Shown: positions 41,881 through 50,540 of the stretch, one piece after another
How the letters are laid out: each line of letters starts with the position of its first letter
Position numbering within the stretch: the first letter of the stretch is position 1
IMG/VR virus record: IMGVR_UViG_3300032323_002950
Span: 1 to 64,000 of that record
DNA: 64,000 bases
Direction: 5' to 3' (one strand)
From: a virus
The notes under the pieces: model-generated
The model's input: the letters and a program-made list of their open reading frames with translations, nothing else
What the model was told of the DNA's origin: nothing
Databases searched by the model: none
Made by a program: the position numbers and the translations under genes

Positions 41881-41906
41881 AGCTAATACACCAAAAAGTT
41901 TAATTT

Positions 41907-44687
41907 ATGATATCTAACGAAGAAATTGAAAATTTCCTACAAGGAAATGACGATGAAAAATACATCATCGGAGTAGAATACGATTACGTTAAAGATTGTG
42001 TTTGGAAAATTATTGAAGACCCTATTCACGGAAAACTAATTAAAAAAGATACCTTCATCCCATTTGCTTGGGTTGGTGACTTACGTGGGTTAAACTTTTA
42101 TCAATCATCAAAAGCATTACAGAAAGAAGCAATGACAAAACATAAGATTGTCATTGAGAAATTACGTACTGATGGTAATGAAAGATTAGAGAAAGGTTTA
42201 ACATTTATGGTTAAATCCCTAAATGGGTATCGTTCTCTTATTCAGTTTTTTAGAGATGGTGGAGTCGACCCATGGGGTGAAAAAACCAAAGGATTAATCC
42301 TTATCTTACCTCCTGTTGAGCAATTCTTGGTTACCAAGGAAAAACGACTATTCAAAGGATTTGATGACTACAATAGTATCACTAGGTTTGTATTTGACTT
42401 GGAGACGACCGCATTGGAACCAAAGGATGGTCGTATATTTATGATAGGGATGAAAACCAATAAAGGTTTTAGTCAGGTAATTGAATGTTCAACTGAAGAA
42501 CAAGAAAGAGAAGGTATTATCAAATTCTTTAATACCATAGATGAACTTAAACCAAGTATCATCGCATCTTACAACGGATTTAACTTTGACTGGTTTTGGA
42601 TATTTGAAAGAGCAAAGGCTTTAAAGTTGGACATTAAGAAAGTTGCCAAAACTCTTAATCCAATTAATCCCATCAAACAATCTGAAAGTATGTTGAAACT
42701 TGCAAACGAGGTTGAAAGATTTAATCAGACATCTATGTGGGGTTATAATGTGGTAGATACACTACATGCAGTTAGACGGGCTCAAGCAATTAACTCATCT
42801 ATCAAATCTGCGGGTTTGAAGTATATCACCCAATATATTAAGGCAGAAGCTGCAGACCGTGTTTATATTGACCACACTGATATTGGTCCGTTCTATGCAA
42901 AAAAAGAAGAATATTGGTTAAACATCCAAAACGGAAAATATAAGAAAGTGGGAGTTGACCCCGCAATTGATGAAGCGTGTTCCAAACATTCAAATGTTTA
43001 TATTAAAACAACAGGTGATGATTTGGTTGAACGATATCTTGACGATGACTTGGAGGAAACTCTAACTGTAGATGAGGAATTCAATCAGGGTTCATTCCTA
43101 CTTGCGTCTTTGGTTCCAACAACGTATGAAAGGGTTTCTACTATGGGAACCGCAACATTATGGGAAATACAAATGAGAGCGTGGTCATATAAACATAATT
43201 TAGCAATTCCTGCAAAGAATGAAAAGACCGAGTTTGTTGGTGGGTTATCACGATTATTAAAAGTAGGATATTCAACCGATGTATTGAAACTCGACTTTTC
43301 ATCACTTTATCCTTCAATACAACTTGTTCACGATGTATTCCCAACTTGTGATATCACGGGGGCAATGAAGGGTATGTTAAACTACTTCCGTAACACTCGT
43401 ATCAAGTATAAAAACTTGGCTAAGGAATATGCGGATATTGATAAGAAACAATCAACATCTTACGATAGAAAACAATTACCGATTAAGATATTCATAAATA
43501 GTATGTTTGGCGCGTTATCTGCCCCACAGGTATATCACTGGGGTGATATGTATATGGGTGAACAGATTACTTGTACAGGACGACAATACCTTCGTCAGAT
43601 GTTACGTTTCTTTATGAAACGAGGTTATACTCCACTTGTATGTGATACGGATGGTATGAACTTCTCATTACCTGAAGGTGGTGTGGATGATAGAAGATAC
43701 ATTGGTAAGGGTAACAATTGGTTGGTTAAAGAAGGTAAGGAATACAAAGGTTATGATGCTGATGTTGCCGAGTTTAACGATATGTTTATGAAAGGTGCGA
43801 TGGGTCTTGACTGTGATGGAACTTGGAAATCCTGTATGAACATTGCTCGTAAGAACTACGCGACAATGGAACACAATGGTAAGATTAAACTTACAGGTAA
43901 CTCAATCAAGAGTAAGAAACTTCCACTTTATATTGAGGACTTTTTGGATAAGGGAATTAAGATGTTGTTAGAAGGGGATGGACAATCGTTTGTTGAATGG
44001 TATTATGAATACTTGGAAGTAATCTTTAACCAACAAATTCCTTTAATGAAGATTGCTCAAAGAGCAAAGGTTAAGTTATCAATTGATGATTATAAAAAAC
44101 GCTCAAAGGAAAAGACCAAAGCTGGTAATGAAATGTCTCGTATGGCACATATGGAACTTGCAATCCGTGATGGTATTGCGGTTAGTTTGGGTGATGTAAT
44201 ATTCTATGTAAATAATGGTGTTAAAGCATCGCACGGAGATGTCCAGAAAGTTAATGATAAGATGAGTAAGAAAGATAAAGATGCTTACACCGCTCTTCAC
44301 GGAAAACCCCCTGTTTTAGGTTCAACAATTCAACTCAACTGTTACCGTCTTAACCCGTCAGAATTGGAGTCCAATCCTAATATGACAGGTGAATATAACG
44401 TGGCAAGAGCAATTGTTACTTTCAATAAAAGAATTGAACCGTTGTTAATTGTATTTGGTGAGGAAGTAAGAAATAATCTAATTGTTATTGACCCTAAAGA
44501 CAGAGGTTTGTTTACCAAAGACCAATGTAAATTAATCAATGGGGTACCTTTTGAACCTGCCGACCAAGATAGTATTGAGGATTTGTTAACTATTACCGAC
44601 CAAGAAATGGTGTATTGGGGTAAACGAGGAATTAACCCTGAGTACATTTACGAACTGGCTGAAGAGGGATGGGAAGGAATGGTTTAA
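41907..44687 (+). CDS. Family B DNA polymerase
   Basis: ExoI FDLET, ExoII YNGFNFD, motif A DFSSLYPS, motif B K...NSMFG, motif C DTDG, KNYA. Confidence 0.95.
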   Translation: MISNEEIENFLQGNDDEKYIIGVEYDYVKDCVWKIIEDPIHGKLIKKDTFIPFAWVGDLRGLNFYQSSKALQKEAMTKHKIVIEKLRTDGNERLEKGLTFMVKSLNGYRSLIQFFRDGGVDPWGEKTKGLILILPPVEQFLVTKEKRLFKGFDDYNSITRFVFDLETTALEPKDGRIFMIGMKTNKGFSQVIECSTEEQEREGIIKFFNTIDELKPSIIASYNGFNFDWFWIFERAKALKLDIKKVAKTLNPINPIKQSESMLKLANEVERFNQTSMWGYNVVDTLHAVRRAQAINSSIKSAGLKYITQYIKAEAADRVYIDHTDIGPFYAKKEEYWLNIQNGKYKKVGVDPAIDEACSKHSNVYIKTTGDDLVERYLDDDLEETLTVDEEFNQGSFLLASLVPTTYERVSTMGTATLWEIQMRAWSYKHNLAIPAKNEKTEFVGGLSRLLKVGYSTDVLKLDFSSLYPSIQLVHDVFPTCDITGAMKGMLNYFRNTRIKYKNLAKEYADIDKKQSTSYDRKQLPIKIFINSMFGALSAPQVYHWGDMYMGEQITCTGRQYLRQMLRFFMKRGYTPLVCDTDGMNFSLPEGGVDDRRYIGKGNNWLVKEGKEYKGYDADVAEFNDMFMKGAMGLDCDGTWKSCMNIARKNYATMEHNGKIKLTGNSIKSKKLPLYIEDFLDKGIKMLLEGDGQSFVEWYYEYLEVIFNQQIPLMKIAQRAKVKLSIDDYKKRSKEKTKAGNEMSRMAHMELAIRDGIAVSLGDVIFYVNNGVKASHGDVQKVNDKMSKKDKDAYTALHGKPPVLGSTIQLNCYRLNPSELESNPNMTGEYNVARAIVTFNKRIEPLLIVFGEEVRNNLIVIDPKDRGLFTKDQCKLINGVPFEPADQDSIEDLLTITDQEMVYWGKRGINPEYIYELAEEGWEGMV

Positions 44688-45023
44688 TTACTGTTCCTTA
44701 ATTCCATCGGATGAAAGAATGTACCAATTACTAAAAGAATAATACAATTCAACACTCGAACCTTTACTTAAATCCATTTCTGAAAATTCCTCATCAATTT
44801 TACCTTTTAAAGGAATTACTTTGGTGTTTGTTAATGATTTAATAATTAAATGGTCAGTTTTTTTGTCGTCCAAATAAACGGTAATATTTCTTTTGTCCTT
44901 TGTAACTAAAACATATTCACCCTCTGTGGTATATATCTCATCTGTAACAAAGCACGACTCAGAAGTCTCAACAACGCGACCTGAGATTACTCTTTGCATT
45001 TGTATTGACCTTTGTATTGGCAT
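44688..45023 (-). CDS. Small beta-rich putative virion protein
   Basis: Directly downstream of the neck gene; IIKS...KIDE...GSSVELYY...WYI. Confidence 0.5.
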   Translation of the reverse strand: MPIQRSIQMQRVISGRVVETSESCFVTDEIYTTEGEYVLVTKDKRNITVYLDDKKTDHLIIKSLTNTKVIPLKGKIDEEFSEMDLSKGSSVELYYSFSNWYILSSDGIKEQ

Positions 45024-45024
45024 A

Positions 45025-46152
45025 TTAGATAACGTACATATTTCTTGGGAACGCTCTTGTCTTCATTTGTTTTTGTAAGTTTTCAGCAATATTTGCCTCA
45101 CGCTCCATTATTTTTTCAGGTCTTAATCTTGTCAATTTACCCTCAGCACCAAATAAATCATCCCAAAGTTTTGCTTTTTCATCCTTCGCTTCGGTTGATA
45201 ATGATTGATAATCCATAGTTAATTCAGAGTCAGGTGTTTTCAAATTACCTGAATATTTTCCTCTTACTTTTGACAAAGTTTCTTTACACGAAGCAATAAA
45301 CCATCTTCTAACCCATTGTTGTGATGGATTATTTAAATCAACCCACGACATAGAGTCCATTGGTACATCTGATGGCATTTTAATAATTTCAGGATTTGCC
45401 TTTAAACAAGAGTCTCTGTCTTCCGGACCAACATCGTAATACCAATACCAAACTTGTGAGTTTCTTAAAGATGAATTACCAAAGTCAAACTTCCCACCTG
45501 GTGTTTGCATTAAATGTATTGCCTTCTTACCATCAGGTAATCCTGTAATTCTATATGTTAAATCTCCGGCAATAATCCTTCTCTGTATGTTAATTTCTTG
45601 TAATCTTAACATCATATCAAACGCTGGCATCATAAAATAAGAACCAGTATATCCCATTTGTGAATAACCCGCAGGACCTCCCATACCATATCCACCCAAA
45701 GCTCCAAAACTCCATGGGTCAAATAAGATGTTATTCATTGCTGTTGGGGTAAACCATAAAAGTTCATTAACTTCTCTACCCGCAGGAATTTCATAAATTT
45801 GCTTATTTGTCTCCAAAGTGATGTAATCTTTTTTCAATTCCCAATCTCCAAGTGGTGATGATTGTAAACCTACAATTTTAGAATATGCCTGCGCATATCT
45901 ATTTTCATAATCCAAACTTTTTGTAATGAATGCTCTTGATAATGATTGAGTATCCATGTTTAGATTATATAATGAAGTCCACTGAGTATCAATTAACCAA
46001 TCCTGAATATATTGAGAGTAGTCACCAATTGCAAATTCCAATAAAGTGTCCATTTGCTCATCTTCCAATTCGACTGAGCGTAATGGGGCTCCAAGTACGT
46101 GCCTTACTTTGGTATATAATTTACTTCTTTCTGGTTCTGATATGATTGACAT
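45025..46152 (-). CDS. Neck / head-tail adaptor protein (T4 gp13-like)
   Basis: LGAP..SVELED.Q N-terminus; WVRRW..A..KE.L..VRGKY C-terminus. Confidence 0.75.
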   Translation of the reverse strand: MSIISEPERSKLYTKVRHVLGAPLRSVELEDEQMDTLLEFAIGDYSQYIQDWLIDTQWTSLYNLNMDTQSLSRAFITKSLDYENRYAQAYSKIVGLQSSPLGDWELKKDYITLETNKQIYEIPAGREVNELLWFTPTAMNNILFDPWSFGALGGYGMGGPAGYSQMGYTGSYFMMPAFDMMLRLQEINIQRRIIAGDLTYRITGLPDGKKAIHLMQTPGGKFDFGNSSLRNSQVWYWYYDVGPEDRDSCLKANPEIIKMPSDVPMDSMSWVDLNNPSQQWVRRWFIASCKETLSKVRGKYSGNLKTPDSELTMDYQSLSTEAKDEKAKLWDDLFGAEGKLTRLRPEKIMEREANIAENLQKQMKTRAFPRNMYVI

Positions 46153-46178
46153 AGATTTTATTTATCTATAAATATCAA

Positions 46179-46886
46179 TTACTTTTTTTCAGTTTTTGAT
46201 TTATATAAATCATTAACGAATTTCCAATTGACAGCTTCCCAAAAGTTTTGAATATATTCGTCTCTTTTGTTTTGATATTTTAAATAGTATGCGTGTTCCC
46301 ACAAATCCAAACCTAATAATGGAAATCCTCCGTATTCAAAAATGTTCATAAGTGGGTTATCCTGATTTGGTGTGGACATAATTTTTAGATTTCCTTTATC
46401 TGTTAATATTAACCAAATCCAACCTGAACCAAATCTTTTTTTAGCTTCTAACTCAAACTTCATTCTGAATTTTTTATATCCACCAAAATCTTTAATAATT
46501 TTTTCTAAAATTTCACCAAATGGTTTTTGAGGTGTTGGGGATAACATTTTCCAAAATAATGCGTGGTTAAATGCCCCACCTGCGTTATTTCTAATTGTTA
46601 TGTTATATTTTGAGATTTGTTTAACAATGTTCTCTAATTCAACATCTCCATAATCTTTTTTTCTAAGAGCCGAATTCAACTTTTTTACATACCCTTTGTA
46701 ATGTTTTTGATAATGAAACTTCATGGTTTCAGGGTCGATAAATCTTCTCAGTGATGCGTAACTATATGGTAACTTTTCAATACCAATAGTTTTCATTTCG
46801 GTAATGAAATATTTTGAAACTTCTTCTGACTCTTTTTTATAGAGTTCTTTTATTAGATTTTCTGTAATTAAATTAAGTGACTTCAT
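46179..46886 (-). CDS. sod: Fe/Mn superoxide dismutase (Mn-type signature) with N-terminal extension
   Basis: LPYSY..L, H..KH..YV, NNAGG.FNH.LFW, FGSGW.WL, NQDNP, DLWEHAYY. Confidence 0.93.
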   Translation of the reverse strand: MKSLNLITENLIKELYKKESEEVSKYFITEMKTIGIEKLPYSYASLRRFIDPETMKFHYQKHYKGYVKKLNSALRKKDYGDVELENIVKQISKYNITIRNNAGGAFNHALFWKMLSPTPQKPFGEILEKIIKDFGGYKKFRMKFELEAKKRFGSGWIWLILTDKGNLKIMSTPNQDNPLMNIFEYGGFPLLGLDLWEHAYYLKYQNKRDEYIQNFWEAVNWKFVNDLYKSKTEKK

Positions 46887-46899
46887 CACCTATAAATAC

Positions 46900-48645
46900 T
46901 CAACCCTTATTGATTTCGTTTAGTATTTGTTCAACAATATCGGCAGGTTCATCATTAGTGTCACCCATAACTGTACCGATGATTTGTTTTTTCTTAATTA
47001 ATATATCATAAATAACCCCCTCAATTGTGTTTTCAAATAAGGGGTAGAATATAGATACATTATTTTTTTGACCATATCTGTACGCTCTGTCTTCCGCCTG
47101 AGCGTGTTCTGCGGGAACAAATGATAAGTCGTTCATAATAACCGCCTCACCCTCAGTTAAAGTAAGACCGACACCTGCGGCTTTTAAATTACCACAAAAG
47201 ACTTTGATTTTATCACTTGTTTGGAATTTATCCACAGCGTCTTGTCTTGCAGGTTTTGAAGTTGAGCCGTCTAAGTAAACCGCAGTTTTACCAAAGTGTT
47301 CATAAATCTTTTTAATAGGGTCTGTAAAATTACTGAAAATGATAACCTTTTTTCCTTGCTCAATAATATTCTCAGCAAGTTCAATTGTAGTTTTAATTTT
47401 TTCCTCAGCAATTACCTGCCTAACTTTTGTCAGTTTTGTAAATTGTATTGACAATGACTTCGATTCATCTTGTCTATTAGTATACCAATCATAATACTCA
47501 CCCATCAATTCTTCATAAAGTTTTGATTTCAATCGAAGATAGACAGGAGTAATAATTTTTTCAGGTAAATCTAACACATCGGTTTTTAATCTTCTTAAAA
47601 TTTGACGAGAAGTTCTTTCCCTAAGTTCTTCCAAATTTGATGCTCCTGTAACATTCCATACTTTTTTATTCCCAACCCTAAACTGATATCCCCCACAATA
47701 ACGAATTGCGTAAGCCATCCAATTTTGACTTACGGGACTATCAATTAATTTTAAAATGTTATAGTAATTCATTGGTCGAGAAGTCATTGGAGTTCCAGTT
47801 AATAACCAAAGTTTTTTTATTTCTTTGGTTAAATCCATTATGATTTTTGTTCTCTGAGCCTGAGCGTTTGAGACATAATGGGCTTCATCAATAATAACCA
47901 AATCAAATTTGGATTTTAAAATTAGTGAATTGTCTTTCTCTTTTGGGTCGTGGAAGTTTTTTAGAATATCATAGTTAGTGATAATGTAATCTGCCTCTTC
48001 ATATTTTTTCCCCTCACAGATATAGATTGATTTATCTGTATAATTTCTAATCTCTCTTTCCCAATTTATCTTTAAAGACGCGGGACAAATGATTAAAACT
48101 TTTTTAGCACCACTCTCTAATGACGCAATAATTGTTGAGGTAGTTTTACCCAATCCCATATCGTCGGCCAAAATGAACTTATCATTTTTTAACAACTTCT
48201 CAATCGCTTCTTTTTGGTGTGATAATGGAGGTCGGTTTTCATATTTTGAGTAATCAACATTAACCTCGTTCTCTCTATATTCTTTTATGATTGCGGCTTT
48301 TGGTACCCAAAAATCGTGAATGGTATCCCCACTAAAAACCTTACCCCAAATATGGTAAGACTTGTCCTTCTCAACTAAAAGTTTTTCAATATAGATTTTA
48401 TCAGGTTCTTTAATAAATGGATTATCTTCAACAAGTTTGGTTGAAAAATAAGAATCAATTGGAACCCATTTCTTAGCAACCTTTGGATTTACAGTATGAT
48501 AGTGAATAACATATTCACATTGTGCTCTTGTGGGGACATGCTTTTTATTAGTCTCACACTGTTTTTTAATTTTTAAAATATAATTATTTGAGCCATTATA
48601 GGTCTCCAAAATAGAAATTGCCTGTTGCTCAATACTAATGTTCAT
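46900..48645 (-). CDS. SNF2-family (HARP/SMARCAL1-like) helicase
   Basis: LADDMGLGKT, ICPASLK.NW, DEAH, LTGTP, GVGLTL, QAEDRAYRYGQ. Confidence 0.92.
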   Translation of the reverse strand: MNISIEQQAISILETYNGSNNYILKIKKQCETNKKHVPTRAQCEYVIHYHTVNPKVAKKWVPIDSYFSTKLVEDNPFIKEPDKIYIEKLLVEKDKSYHIWGKVFSGDTIHDFWVPKAAIIKEYRENEVNVDYSKYENRPPLSHQKEAIEKLLKNDKFILADDMGLGKTTSTIIASLESGAKKVLIICPASLKINWEREIRNYTDKSIYICEGKKYEEADYIITNYDILKNFHDPKEKDNSLILKSKFDLVIIDEAHYVSNAQAQRTKIIMDLTKEIKKLWLLTGTPMTSRPMNYYNILKLIDSPVSQNWMAYAIRYCGGYQFRVGNKKVWNVTGASNLEELRERTSRQILRRLKTDVLDLPEKIITPVYLRLKSKLYEELMGEYYDWYTNRQDESKSLSIQFTKLTKVRQVIAEEKIKTTIELAENIIEQGKKVIIFSNFTDPIKKIYEHFGKTAVYLDGSTSKPARQDAVDKFQTSDKIKVFCGNLKAAGVGLTLTEGEAVIMNDLSFVPAEHAQAEDRAYRYGQKNNVSIFYPLFENTIEGVIYDILIKKKQIIGTVMGDTNDEPADIVEQILNEINKG

Positions 48646-48668
48646 ATTTACTAATACAATAACAAATA

Positions 48669-48697
48669 ATAATAAACAAAAAATAGATATTTATCAA
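48669..48697 (-). promoter_or_regulatory. Candidate sigma70-like promoter TTGATA-N17-TATTAT for the SNF2 gene, overlapping the + strand TATTTAT (48688-48694)
   Basis: On + strand TATCAA 48692-48697 and ATAATA 48669-48674. Confidence 0.3.
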
Positions 48698-48698
48698 T

Positions 48699-49214
48699 AT
48701 GTCACAACGTAATGTACCAATAACAAGATTAGGAAAATTTTTTGGAGGTGAAGACTTTGCTTTGGATGTTAATATTGGAAGGGAGTGGTTAGAGGGAGAT
48801 ATGAATTTTACTCTTGTTTTATATAAGGTAGATAGACAAAAAACAAATACAGATGATGTTTATGGTGAGGCAGTTAAAGATGGAATTAAATTTCATCCAC
48901 CTGTTGAGTTTAAAGGATATGTTAAAATAATGGCGCCAGAAAATAAAAATTTGGGAACATCAAAATTAGACCAAACAGAGCCTGGTAACTTACAAGTATC
49001 TGTTTATCAATCACATTTGGATGAACTTGGAGTTGACATTGAGTTTGGTGATTATATTGCGTATTACGAAACTGAAACAAGAGTTAGATATTATACTGTA
49101 AATAATGATGGTCGTGTTGTAAGTGATAACAAACACACCTATGGTGGATACAAACCTTTTTATAGGACAATTATTGCATCAATTGTGACAGAGAATGAAT
49201 TTAGAGGATTATAA
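48699..49214 (+). CDS. Head closure / neck protein (gp14-like)
   Basis: DDVYGEA...F.PPVE, GDYI; position before gp15-like and sheath genes. Confidence 0.6.
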   Translation: MSQRNVPITRLGKFFGGEDFALDVNIGREWLEGDMNFTLVLYKVDRQKTNTDDVYGEAVKDGIKFHPPVEFKGYVKIMAPENKNLGTSKLDQTEPGNLQVSVYQSHLDELGVDIEFGDYIAYYETETRVRYYTVNNDGRVVSDNKHTYGGYKPFYRTIIASIVTENEFRGL

Positions 49215-50272
49215 TGGCATTACCTAAAAAAATAAAAAAGACTTTGGATTTATCTCCTGTGAAAACAGGATACGATAGACGTGTTGAATTGTTAGATAAA
49301 ATTAACGATAAAGGAACTTATTTACCTAAATCATTATTACATGAAGATTTAGATAGAGGTTTTTTAGATTTTGTTAAAAATAATTTAAGAACAGTATCTG
49401 AGGGTAAATCAATACCTGTTGTTGATATAATATTAACAACTCAAAATTGGGCTCAGTTTACTCAAACTTGGAACTTTTCAAATTTAGATAAGAATGTTGA
49501 ACCTCCTGTAATTACAACTGTAAGAACACCTGAGGTTAAATATGGTTCATTACCTTCATTAAGATATAATATCCCAAATAGGAAACAGTTCTTTTATGCC
49601 GCAGTTCCAACATTTAATGATGGAAGAAAAGGATATGACATTTATACAATCCCACAACCAGTTCCAGTGGATATAAAATATAGTGTTAAAATCATTTGCA
49701 ACAGAATGAGGGAATTAAACATTTTTAATAAAAATGTTATTGAAGCTTTTGCATCAAGACAGGCGTATACTCAAATTAAAGGACATTATATTCCAATTAT
49801 TTTAGATGACATTGCAGACGAATCTGTAATGGAGATGGAAAAAAGAAAATATTATATTCAAACATATAACTTTACATTACAAGGATTTTTAATGGATGAG
49901 AACGAGTTTGAAGTTAAGCCAGCCATTAGTCGAGCAATTACATTTTTATCGACTGAAACTCAAAAATTTAAAAGACCAAAAAGAAATGACGAAGTTGAAA
50001 ATACGGATTTATTAGAAACAGTTATAGAGTACTCAACAACAGAAACAGACAAAACAAAAGATTTTCAATTTACTTGTAACTTATATTTGGATGGACTTAC
50101 AAATGTTGACACCTATCAGGTATATTTAAATGGATTGTATTTTGGAGAGGATATATTTTCATCATTAACTTCTGTGTTACAAATTAATGATGGTGATTCT
50201 GTTAGGTTTGTTATCACTAAAACGAACTCAGATGAAACATCAAAAATTAAATTAAAAACAATTTTAGTTTAA
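49214..50272 (+). CDS. Tail terminator / completion protein (gp15-like)
   Basis: PQPVPVDIKYSV.I; position between neck and sheath genes. Confidence 0.55.
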   Translation: MALPKKIKKTLDLSPVKTGYDRRVELLDKINDKGTYLPKSLLHEDLDRGFLDFVKNNLRTVSEGKSIPVVDIILTTQNWAQFTQTWNFSNLDKNVEPPVITTVRTPEVKYGSLPSLRYNIPNRKQFFYAAVPTFNDGRKGYDIYTIPQPVPVDIKYSVKIICNRMRELNIFNKNVIEAFASRQAYTQIKGHYIPIILDDIADESVMEMEKRKYYIQTYNFTLQGFLMDENEFEVKPAISRAITFLSTETQKFKRPKRNDEVENTDLLETVIEYSTTETDKTKDFQFTCNLYLDGLTNVDTYQVYLNGLYFGEDIFSSLTSVLQINDGDSVRFVITKTNSDETSKIKLKTILV

Positions 50273-50418
50273 TTTTCACCGTAAATATCTTTTTTAATTT
50301 TACAGTTCTCCTCAATTAATTTTTCCACAAATTTATTAATTTTTAATCCTTTTTGGTCACAATACTTTTTAAGTAGACCGTGAACTTCTACTGATATCTT
50401 TAAATTCTTAATTTTCAT
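50269..50418 (-). CDS. Small ribbon-helix-helix-like DNA-binding protein (49 aa; below ORF-track cutoff)
   Basis: MKIKNLKISVEVHGLLKKYCDQKGLKINKFVEKLIEENCKIKKDIYGEN; TATTTAT upstream. Confidence 0.6.
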   Translation of the reverse strand: MKIKNLKISVEVHGLLKKYCDQKGLKINKFVEKLIEENCKIKKDIYGEN

Positions 50419-50430
50419 AGGTAGAAAAAA

Positions 50431-50448
50431 GTATGAAAATTATCATAC
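50431..50448. promoter_or_regulatory. Palindromic operator candidate GTATGAAAATTATCATAC
   Basis: 18-bp near-perfect inverted repeat between the TATTTAT motif and the RHH start. Confidence 0.45.
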
Positions 50449-50540
50449 CATATTATAAATAGTTTTTGTAAAGTAAAGTTTTTAAGGTTTTTCACAATAT
50501 TTATTTGAAAATAAAACGATAAAAAAAATTATTTAAAAAA

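Noticed and set aside
5419-44687. Eukaryotic giant virus (NCLDV) origin suggested by the GT richness, PolB and SNF2
   Set aside because: Contractile tail genes, overlapping operons and bacterial terminators and promoters point to a tailed phage
41907-48645. Intein or intron in the polymerase or helicase
   Set aside because: Motifs are contiguous at normal spacing and no splice-junction or homing endonuclease signature was seen
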